Below are positions 1 through 6,805 of a stretch of DNA of 56,396 nt, piece after piece. The stretch's first letter is position 1. The number at the start of each line of letters is the position of its first letter. The position numbers and the translations under genes are program-made. This DNA is from a virus. The DNA lies in IMG/VR virus record IMGVR_UViG_3300045988_043442, positions 1 to 56,396 of that record. The stretch is one strand, 5' to 3'. The notes under the pieces are model-generated. The model was not told where the DNA came from, made no database searches, and saw nothing but the letters and a program-made list of their open reading frames with translations.

Positions 1-36
1 TTATTATGTTTATCAGATAACTCCGTATATTCTTGA
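1..36. repeat. Left copy of 36-bp terminal direct repeat (att core or circular-assembly overlap)
   Basis: ttattatgtttatcagataactccgtatattcttga is identical to 56361..56396. Confidence 0.95.
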
Positions 37-95
37 TTAAAACCATGATAAATGCGGCGTTTAGTGCGGTTTTCTAAATCGCAAAAGTAAAACAC

Positions 96-187
96 TTACA
101 CCACAAAAATCCACGTATTTCTATGTATTTCAATGGCAAAATGGTGTAAAAATGGTGTACGGATAAAGTTAATGGTGTACGGATAAA
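96..187. repeat. Arm-type-like GGTGTA repeats (putative integrase arm sites, P-prime side)
   Basis: TTACACCAC at 96..104 (inverted). AATGGTGTAAA at 140..150. AATGGTGTACGGATAAA twice, at 151..167 and 171..187. Confidence 0.6.
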
Positions 188-224
188 ACAATTGAATAAA
201 AGAGTTATTGCGTGATGTAAATAT

Positions 225-257
225 GAGAAGAACTTGAGAATGTTCTTCTCTTTTTTT
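225..257 (+). terminator. Intrinsic terminator
   Basis: GAGAAGAAC / GTTCTTCTC 9-bp stem, 8-nt loop, followed by a run of 7 T. Confidence 0.8.
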
Positions 258-286
258 ATGCCAAAATATAGTCAGAAAGAGAGGTA

Positions 287-445
287 ATGCAAATGTTTTC
301 TGATGAAGTAAGAGAAAAAATCTTGAGCAAAGAAGAATTACAGAAACTTGACTTAGTGACATTATCTCTTGTTATCCACGCAATCGAGGAAGTTTTAGAG
401 GAGGCAGACAATGAACAATCCTTATCAGACACCTATAATGAATAA
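287..445 (+). CDS. Possible 52-aa acidic protein
   Basis: ATG follows AGAGAGG. The ORF overlaps the start of the next gene by 35 nt. It was too short for the ORF track. Confidence 0.25.
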   Translation: MQMFSDEVREKILSKEELQKLDLVTLSLVIHAIEEVLEEADNEQSLSDTYNE

Positions 446-932
446 TTATTTACCACAATACGGAGCATATCAATACAACCCTATGGCAAATATACAGAGA
501 TTTCAGCCACAGGAACAGATACAACCACAAGTCCAACAGCCTATGCCACAGCAGATAGCAGGCATTAATGGACGAATTGTGCAGACAGTTGAAAATATTA
601 ATGCAAATGAAGTGCCTATGGATGGCAGTATGGCTTTTTTCCCTAAGCAGGATATGTCGGAGATTTATGTTAAGGGCTGGAATGCTGACGGAACAATTAA
701 TACGATTGTGTATAAGCCTTATACAGCCCCTAAAGACAATCAGACAGTAAATTCTATGGCTAATGCAGAAAACGCTAAATTTACCCTATCAGACGAAAGC
801 ACGCAGCTGTTTCTGAATAAGTTCGAAGAATTATCAGAGAAGATAGGACAGTTGGAAGATAGATTTGATAAATCTTTAGGAACGCAGAGAAAAACTTCAA
901 GAACTCAAAGCAAAGGCGGTGATGAAGAATGA
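411..932 (+). CDS. Hypothetical protein with Q/P/Y-rich N-terminus
   Basis: GAGGAGG RBS upstream. Low-complexity N-terminal 50 aa, then a globular region. No family recognised. Confidence 0.7.
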   Translation: MNNPYQTPIMNNYLPQYGAYQYNPMANIQRFQPQEQIQPQVQQPMPQQIAGINGRIVQTVENINANEVPMDGSMAFFPKQDMSEIYVKGWNADGTINTIVYKPYTAPKDNQTVNSMANAENAKFTLSDESTQLFLNKFEELSEKIGQLEDRFDKSLGTQRKTSRTQSKGGDEE

Positions 933-1159
933 ACCCAATTAGCATTTTTCAGATGATGAAAGCTGGTCCGCAACAGTTCATACAGCAGATGATGGGAAAT
1001 AATCAGATTATGAGCAATCCTATGATGAAAAACACTATGCAGATGGCACAGCAGGGCAATATGCAAGGCATAGAGCAGATGGCTAGAAATTTATGCAAGG
1101 AAAAGGGATTAAATGCAGATGATGTATTTAATCAGATAAAAAGTAGATTTGGCAATTAG
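929..1159 (+). CDS. Hypothetical Met/Gln/Asn-rich small protein
   Basis: ATGA stop/start overlap with the upstream gene. Confidence 0.6.
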   Translation: MNPISIFQMMKAGPQQFIQQMMGNNQIMSNPMMKNTMQMAQQGNMQGIEQMARNLCKEKGLNADDVFNQIKSRFGN

Positions 1160-1229
1160 TAGCATATTAGATGTCTTTGCAAACTACCTAGGTGACATCT
1201 TTATGAATATATTTTTAGGAGGTAACAAT

Positions 1230-2018
1230 ATGTTTTCAAACTCAAATTGTGCCAGCGTGCCATTAGTCGCGAACATTGATGGCAACGGCAATAACGGCGG
1301 ATGGGCTGACGGCGGATGGCTTTGGATAATCGTTGTATTCGCATTACTCTTTGGATGGGGCAATGGTGGATTTGGCGGTTTTGGTGGTAACAATGGCGGT
1401 GGCTATGTTGCGACAGCGGCTACACAGGCTGATATTCAGAGAGGATTTGATAATTCAGCAGTTATCAGCAAGTTAGACGGCATTTCCAATGGACTTTGTG
1501 ATGGCTTCTACGCTATGAACAATAGTATGCTCACAGGTTTCAATGGTATTAACACAAATATCATGCAGACCGGCTATGGCATACAGCAGGCTATTAACGC
1601 TGATACAGTCGCTAATATGCAGAATACCAATGCTCTACAGGCACAGCTTGCTAACTGTTGCTGTGAGACAAGAGAAGCCATCCAAGGCATAAACTACAAC
1701 ATGGCAACTAATACTTGTGCTTTACAAAACACCATGAATAGCAACACAAGAGACATCATTGACAGCCAGCAGGCAGGAACGAGGGCTATTCTTGATTACT
1801 TATGTACAAAGGAAAATGCAGATTTGAGAGATAAGGTGCAGAGACTTGAACTTTCTGCTTCACAGGATAGACAGAATGCACTTCTTACTACTGCAATGAC
1901 AGCGCAGACACAGCAGATTGTCAACTCTGTAAATCCTACGGCTATTCCGGCCTATGTTGTGCCTAATCCTAATGCTTATGCTTATGGTTGCGGTTGCAAT
2001 ACCGGATGTGGTTGCTAA
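1230..2018 (+). CDS. Membrane-anchored Gly/Gln/Asn-rich protein with Cys-rich C-terminus
   Basis: ATG 1230 lies behind GGAGG. TM helix WLWIIVVFALLFGW is flanked by Gly runs. It also has a CCCE motif and a C-terminal YGCGCNTGCGC. Confidence 0.7.
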   Translation: MFSNSNCASVPLVANIDGNGNNGGWADGGWLWIIVVFALLFGWGNGGFGGFGGNNGGGYVATAATQADIQRGFDNSAVISKLDGISNGLCDGFYAMNNSMLTGFNGINTNIMQTGYGIQQAINADTVANMQNTNALQAQLANCCCETREAIQGINYNMATNTCALQNTMNSNTRDIIDSQQAGTRAILDYLCTKENADLRDKVQRLELSASQDRQNALLTTAMTAQTQQIVNSVNPTAIPAYVVPNPNAYAYGCGCNTGCGC

Positions 2019-2255
2019 TGAAAGAAGAATATGAAAATTTTGATTTTTTGATAGTAATTCTTTTATATATGGCATTGGTGGAAAAAACTTAACTAAAAAA
2101 ATAAAAGCTTTCAAAAAGGCTTAAAACAATAAAGTATCTTAATTAAGTTTAACTTGTTTTTAATTTGGCATTAACGAATTAAAACAAGATTTAAACGAGA
2201 TTATGTCTGCTAAGCAGTATTACTTGATGTTACCGACACAAATGTCGGGAAGATA

Positions 2256-2288
2256 AAGGGCAGGCTATAATGTTTGCCCTTATTTTTA
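2256..2288 (+). terminator. Intrinsic terminator in the leader of the next gene
   Basis: AAGGGCA / TGCCCTT stem, 12-nt loop, ATTTTTAT tail. It ends about 20 nt before the ATG at 2308. Confidence 0.55.
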
Positions 2289-2307
2289 TGAAAGAGAGGT
2301 AAAAATA

Positions 2308-2727
2308 ATGGAAATAACAGGAATTGCGTTACAAACAGTCGCCGCCGGAGAAGATGTTGCATTTACAGAAACACCGGTATGCGGTAGCAAATGTATAGTC
2401 CACAGACAGGGAAGTGGAATTATCAAGTTAAGAGGTATTACAAATCAGTGCAAGGCTAGATTTTTAGTATCTTATAGTGGAAACATTCAGATACCTACAG
2501 GCGGTACAGTTGAAGAGATTTCGCTTGCCATTGCAGTAGACGGAGAGCCTTTACAGTCTACAAGAATGGTCGTTACACCAGCCGCAGTTGAGAATTTATT
2601 TAATGTATCAGCACAGGCATACGTTGATGTGCCTTGTGGTTGTTGCAGTACAGTAGCGGTGCAAAATACATCTACACAGGCTATTGAAGTACAGAATAGT
2701 AACTTAATCGCAGTAAGGGAGGCTTGA
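2308..2727 (+). CDS. Beta-rich protein, possibly a BclA-C / C1q-TNF-like jelly roll
   Basis: AGAGAGG RBS. Alternating beta pattern with a C-terminal VQNSNLIAV, reminiscent of exosporium BclA C-terminal domains. Recognised by eye only. Confidence 0.6.
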   Translation: MEITGIALQTVAAGEDVAFTETPVCGSKCIVHRQGSGIIKLRGITNQCKARFLVSYSGNIQIPTGGTVEEISLAIAVDGEPLQSTRMVVTPAAVENLFNVSAQAYVDVPCGCCSTVAVQNTSTQAIEVQNSNLIAVREA

Positions 2728-2731
2728 TAAT

Positions 2732-3346
2732 ATGCACAAATGGGCTAAACAGATTATGGAATGTGTCAAGACAAAAGTTGAAGCAATCGGATTAGATAGC
2801 TTTGAGGGGCAGAACCTTGACGATTTAAAGGATTTTACAGAAATAGCGAAGAACATAGCTTGCTTTGACAAGGATTACAGAATCGTTGAAGCAATGGAAA
2901 AGTCAGAAGATAATGAGGATATTATGCGTATGATTGAACAGTACGAAGATTATCCGGACAGAAGATATTACGACCACTACCGCTATGCAAATGGCAGATT
3001 CGCCCCTAAAGGCAAGGGAACATACCGCAGAGGATATGAAGAGCCACCTTATATGCACATGTACCCAGAAGCAGAGCATATGAGAGATATGGATAGAGAT
3101 TATGGCAAGATGTACTATACAGAACCAATGTCTGAAAGTAATTATGACAGAGCAAAGAGAAACTACACAGAAACTAAGGAAATGCACAAGAATAACACGC
3201 CAGAAGATAAGGAACACAAGATGAAGTCACTTGACAGCTATACTAAGGAACTTGCAAGCGATATTACAGGTATGGTGGCTGATATGTCGGCAGAAGAGAA
3301 GAACTTGCTTAGAACAAAGTTAAGTACTCTTGTATCTAAGATATGA
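2732..3346 (+). CDS. Highly charged Tyr/Arg/Met/Asp/Glu-rich protein
   Basis: GGAGG RBS. Contains segments such as RRYYDHYRYANGRF and YEEPPYMHMYPEAEHMRDMDRDYGKMYY. Confidence 0.65.
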   Translation: MHKWAKQIMECVKTKVEAIGLDSFEGQNLDDLKDFTEIAKNIACFDKDYRIVEAMEKSEDNEDIMRMIEQYEDYPDRRYYDHYRYANGRFAPKGKGTYRRGYEEPPYMHMYPEAEHMRDMDRDYGKMYYTEPMSESNYDRAKRNYTETKEMHKNNTPEDKEHKMKSLDSYTKELASDITGMVADMSAEEKNLLRTKLSTLVSKI

Positions 3347-3405
3347 TTTTAATGGCTATGAGTAGCAATATTCATAGCCTGTTTTATTCAGAAAGGAGCA
3401 TACAG

Positions 3406-3726
3406 ATGGTTTTTAGTATTAATGGCACAATGTGGCAAGTACAATATAAAAATTCAAATTCGGGCGAATTAAAGCGGTCAGACAATGTTTCTGTGCTAGG
3501 TGTAACTGATAGAAATACACATACAATTTATCTGTCAAATGCCTTGCATGGATTTATGAAACGTAAAGTGCTGATACATGAAGTATGTCACGCAATCTGT
3601 ATGTCCTATGATGTGTATTTGCCTATCGAACAGGAAGAGATATTGTGTGATTTTGTAGCAACATACGGAGATGAAGTGTTTGACATTGTTGATATGGTTT
3701 TAGGAGCAGTTAGGAGAGTGGGATGA
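3406..3726 (+). CDS. Small HExxH metallopeptidase-like protein
   Basis: ATG 3406 lies behind AGGAG. HEVCH motif in LIHEVCHAI. Confidence 0.55.
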   Translation: MVFSINGTMWQVQYKNSNSGELKRSDNVSVLGVTDRNTHTIYLSNALHGFMKRKVLIHEVCHAICMSYDVYLPIEQEEILCDFVATYGDEVFDIVDMVLGAVRRVG

Positions 3727-3872
3727 TGAGTATTGATGAGCTGTTAAAGACAATTCAAAAGACTAATCCGACTATGACTAAGGAAATATTGATATATGAG
3801 CTTAGCCAATGCCGGTATGCAAGTAAGGCATTGATTTATACAGAAAAATGTTGCCAAAAAATTTCGGGGTAA
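3723..3872 (+). CDS. Hypothetical 49-aa protein
   Basis: ATGA overlap with the upstream stop. Last gene of the plus-strand cargo block. Confidence 0.4.
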   Translation: MMSIDELLKTIQKTNPTMTKEILIYELSQCRYASKALIYTEKCCQKISG

Positions 3873-4165
3873 TGCATTCGATACGCCCCTAGGTATGGCA
3901 TTTTGTATTCGCAATTTCGATTTTGACAATTCCCCAAATTTGGTTCAGATTTCGTTCAAATCCTACTTAAAAAATTGAAAAAATTTTCCCACAAAATATA
4001 ATGCAAAAATTTTGATACCCCCGTCATATGCAATTTTGAAATTTAAAAATCGGTTAAAAACTTTTATCAGATTTTGACCTCGATTTCATTTAGATTTACC
4101 TTGAAAAACAGTTCTGTAATTTTCACAGTTTAAAGTGCTAAAGTCCAATACCTAAGCCGTACATT

Positions 4166-4975
4166 TTACAGGGTGTATTGCTTTTTGATTCGCTTAGCCC
4201 TGTTTTCACCTTTTTCATAAGGTTTAATATAAACGACCTTGCCGCTTTGATAATGCCGGAAATGTCCGCGGACTTCCCAACAGCCGGCAAGTCGTCGCGG
4301 TTTTTTGCTTTTTATTGCGTTAGCCGTCTTATTATTCGACACTTTAAATTTTATATTATTAATTTTAATTTCTTTTACGACATTATCAACATTTTTAATA
4401 TTTTCATCTTGCGAACTTTTAGCCTTTCTTGACTTTCTTCCTTTTCTTTCAACTTCCTTAATTTCCGGGTGTTCCAAAAGCCAATTAATCCAAGTCGTAG
4501 CACGAAAAAAGAAATTTAAACATTGTCCTGCTTGCGGAACAACATTGTCTTTATAAGCTGTAAGCTCTTCAAGCTTACGCTTTTGGCGATTAAAAATCAC
4601 TAATGTTGCATCGCTGTAATCTGTTATAACCAGCTTTAAATTCCGGTTGCAAGTAACCGGAATTTCGCAAGCAATTGAACATTTCCATAGCCATTTTTTA
4701 TAAAAGTTGTCGAAAATTTCAGCTTTTAAAATCAGCATATTTTCACTCACTTCGACATCAAAAATAAAACGCTCCTGAAAGTCGTTGTAATCGGCGATAA
4801 ACACGCCATTTTTTAGAATTGGGATGTATGTTAATACATCAGAATCTTTTATATTAGGAAACCAATTGGCGGAATCTTCAAATTTAGCGGTGATACTATC
4901 AAGATTTTCGCTCTTAGCGGCTAATTCACCGCCTTTTTGCTCTCGCAATAATTGTATTTGCTTTTCTGTTCGCAT
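4166..4975 (-). CDS. Hypothetical 269-aa protein with basic C-terminal region
   Basis: ORF abuts the upstream gene with no spacer. Has a K/R-rich linker and a CWEVRGHFRHYQSGKVVYIKPY tail. No family assigned. Confidence 0.7.
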   Translation of the reverse strand: MRTEKQIQLLREQKGGELAAKSENLDSITAKFEDSANWFPNIKDSDVLTYIPILKNGVFIADYNDFQERFIFDVEVSENMLILKAEIFDNFYKKWLWKCSIACEIPVTCNRNLKLVITDYSDATLVIFNRQKRKLEELTAYKDNVVPQAGQCLNFFFRATTWINWLLEHPEIKEVERKGRKSRKAKSSQDENIKNVDNVVKEIKINNIKFKVSNNKTANAIKSKKPRRLAGCWEVRGHFRHYQSGKVVYIKPYEKGENRAKRIKKQYTL

Positions 4976-5245
4976 TTAAAAGACCTCGTTCTCTTTTTCG
5001 TACAATTTGAGAAGCTCGATAGCCGGCATCTTTACAAGTTGCTCGCCCGGTTCCAATTCAAATTCAGTATCTTTATCATCCATAATAAAATTATAGTCCG
5101 TGTAAATTGTAACTCCATAACTTTTTTTAGTAATGACTTCAACTATTAAGTTGTTGCCAAATTCCGCAATATCCTGCTTTAATTCTTTTATTAAATCTGT
5201 GCACTCAAACGACACAGACAAACCCTCGCTATTTACAAACGCCAT
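4976..5245 (-). CDS. Hypothetical 89-aa acidic protein
   Basis: ATG (MAFVNSEG) lies behind AAAGGAG. A TATAAT-containing promoter region sits upstream. Confidence 0.6.
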   Translation of the reverse strand: MAFVNSEGLSVSFECTDLIKELKQDIAEFGNNLIVEVITKKSYGVTIYTDYNFIMDDKDTEFELEPGEQLVKMPAIELLKLYEKENEVF

Positions 5246-5287
5246 GTTTTTTCTCCTTTTCAACGTTTTTTGATTTTATTATACAAC

Positions 5288-5314
5288 AAAAAAGGCTACA
5301 TTTGTAGCCTTTTT
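5288..5314 (-). terminator. Bidirectional intrinsic terminator ending the ribozyme-containing operon
   Basis: GGCTAC / GTAGCC stem flanked by an A-run and a T-run. Confidence 0.75.
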
Positions 5315-5318
5315 ATAT

Positions 5319-5669
5319 TTATTTTTCCGCAAGCTGGGTTCTTTGCTTACTTAAATATTTATCTATTGCGTCACTCGCAAAGTCTTGCAAATCACACACT
5401 TCCATGTTGCCAGCATGGTCGAGCTTGACAAAATCCGCATATTGTGGATAGCCTGTCTTGAATTTATTCAAGGCGTTTTCATCCTCGCCGAATTCTCTTA
5501 CAAAGCCAGCGAATTCGTAGCAGAAATCTGAATACTCTTCATATATCTGCTCACATTCCTCAATACCAAGGAATGTTCCATCGTCATAGTCAATGACATC
5601 ATAGTCAATATAATTTGACACGTTGCAATTAAAACCCATGTCAAATATTTTTTTAATGTTTTCATTCAT
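5319..5669 (-). CDS. Very acidic 116-aa protein
   Basis: ATG (MNENIKK) lies behind GGAGG. Rich in Asp/Glu/Tyr/Phe. Confidence 0.65.
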   Translation of the reverse strand: MNENIKKIFDMGFNCNVSNYIDYDVIDYDDGTFLGIEECEQIYEEYSDFCYEFAGFVREFGEDENALNKFKTGYPQYADFVKLDHAGNMEVCDLQDFASDAIDKYLSKQRTQLAEK

Positions 5670-5715
5670 TGATTTAACCTCCATATATTTTAATTTTATC
5701 CCTTAAAAGGAAAAA

Positions 5716-5754
5716 CCGCCGCAGGGCGTTGAACCTTGCCGACCGCCTGAACGG
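5716..5754 (-). ncRNA. GC-rich structured element, weak tRNA acceptor/T-arm mimic (or weak terminator)
   Basis: Minus strand: CCGUU(C)-AGGCGGUCGG-CAAGG-UUCAACG-CCCUG-CGGCGG-UUUUU. Same architecture as 5989..6029 but with a mismatch and wobbles. Confidence 0.35.
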
Positions 5755-5765
5755 ATGACGAAAAA

Positions 5766-5963
5766 TTAAAATCCCATTTTTTCAATAAAATATCTATCTT
5801 TATCGTTCTGATTATTGATATAATTCTTCAATGGTTCTATTTCTTCACAAATTGCGAGTTGTTTAGCTCTCCAGCTCTGACAAGTACAGTTTTTTGTTAA
5901 TGGTTCTTTCACTATATATAATTCTTTGTAGTATAGTGCAAATATAAAAATACCACCTTTCAT
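5766..5963 (-). CDS. Hypothetical 65-aa protein
   Basis: AGAGGA RBS upstream. Lies in the operon. Confidence 0.55.
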   Translation of the reverse strand: MKGGIFIFALYYKELYIVKEPLTKNCTCQSWRAKQLAICEEIEPLKNYINNQNDKDRYFIEKMGF

Positions 5964-5988
5964 TTTTTATTGTCCTCTTATGAGGTAA

Positions 5989-6029
5989 AGCAAGCCGGGG
6001 AATCGAACCCCGGAAGCGCCAACCTTGCT
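5989..6029 (-). ncRNA. tRNA-like acceptor/T-arm minihelix
   Basis: Minus strand: AGCAAG-GUUGGCGCUU-CCGGGG-UUCGAUU-CCCCGG-CUUGCU. Canonical T-loop. 6+6 bp coaxial helices. Starts 1 nt after the upstream TAA. Confidence 0.55.
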
Positions 6030-6030
6030 A

Positions 6031-6483
6031 TTATATTGCTTCTTTTTCTTTGCTAATTTCTGCCGCAATTATTCCCTGCTCAATAAAATATCGTAATGCA
6101 CTATCGCCGAAGCGTTGTATATAATATTCTGCAAGCTCCGAAGTGCTGAAAGCTTCTAAGGCTGTGCCAACATCGCTATAAATTCCGCTGCATGTTTTAG
6201 TCCTATTTGCTAGTGCTTTATCAATAGGGCTTTTCGGCTCTTCCTCTTTAACTCCTACAAGCCTATCAGCTCGCATTGTTCTAGTGTGTTCGTTTCCGCT
6301 TTCGTCGGAAATAATAACGCATTTAACGCTTTTTCCGCTCTTGGTAGGCTCTACGCTTTTGACTGTGGAAGTGTAACCAAAATTCCAAACTGTAACCATT
6401 CCCGGCTTTAATTCTGCCGCCGGGATTGCTTTTTGTGGTGTGTGTATTCCTTGTAGTTTAATTGTTTTCATAATATCAACCAT
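6031..6483 (-). CDS. Hypothetical 150-aa protein (start may be Met5 at 6471)
   Basis: ORF in the operon. No family recognised. Confidence 0.65.
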   Translation of the reverse strand: MVDIMKTIKLQGIHTPQKAIPAAELKPGMVTVWNFGYTSTVKSVEPTKSGKSVKCVIISDESGNEHTRTMRADRLVGVKEEEPKSPIDKALANRTKTCSGIYSDVGTALEAFSTSELAEYYIQRFGDSALRYFIEQGIIAAEISKEKEAI

Positions 6484-6495
6484 CCTTTCATTGTG

Positions 6496-6558
6496 TGCCC
6501 TGTCTCATCGGTGCAGGTGGGGCAGTTCCTACAGACCGCCAGAAGTGGCGGTTTCGAC
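6496..6558 (-). ncRNA. Type II hammerhead ribozyme candidate with variant core (C at position 4)
   Basis: Minus strand: GUC-GAAAC-CGCCA-CUUC-UGGCG-GUC / UGUAGG-loop-CCUGCA-CCGAUGA-GAC-A-GGGCA. Loop I UGCCC pairs with GGGCA. Confidence 0.55.
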
Positions 6559-6782
6559 TATTTCACTTGTTCTAAAATCTGTATATATATAGACGGTTTC
6601 GATTCGTCAACCTCTTTATAGACGCATCCGTTATATACTTTATTTGTTGACCCTTTGCAGGACTTGCCAAAACTCTTGCAGTTGTAGCACATTGGGTTAT
6701 ACTCCAATGCTTCAATGGCTTTTTTGCGTGCCTTGCTTCTTTCTATCTGTTCATTTGTTACAACCATTATATATTTTTCCAT
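6558..6782 (-). CDS. Hypothetical Cys-containing 74-aa protein
   Basis: ATG (MEKYIMVV) lies 8 nt behind GAGG. Confidence 0.6.
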   Translation of the reverse strand: MEKYIMVVTNEQIERSKARKKAIEALEYNPMCYNCKSFGKSCKGSTNKVYNGCVYKEVDESKPSIYIQILEQVK

Positions 6783-6805
6783 GTTCAAAACCTCGCTTTC
6801 GTTTT

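Noticed and set aside
300-306. Other CTGATGA boxes as hammerhead cores, for example 300..306, 7970..7976, 12810..12816 and minus strand near 37462
   Set aside because: All lie inside coding frames. None has an adjacent GAAA-stem III-GUC arrangement or stem I/II partners.
96-362. 88-aa minus-strand ORF at the left end
   Set aside because: It runs through the arm-type repeats and the strong plus-strand terminator at 225..257. It has a hydrophobic, low-complexity composition and no RBS. It is most likely a chance ORF in AT-rich non-coding DNA.
3406-3726. Pairing of the HExxH protein with the XRE repressor as an ImmA/IrrE-type antirepressor protease
   Set aside because: It lies 35 kb from the repressor in a different transcription unit and is much shorter than ImmA/IrrE proteins. 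Only the HExxH motif is shared.
5989-6029. HDV-like ribozyme fold for the T-arm-containing element
   Set aside because: P1, P3 and a possible P4 (CCTC/GAGG) can be drawn. No downstream partner exists for the P2 strand GUUGGCGCUU, so the nested double pseudoknot cannot form.
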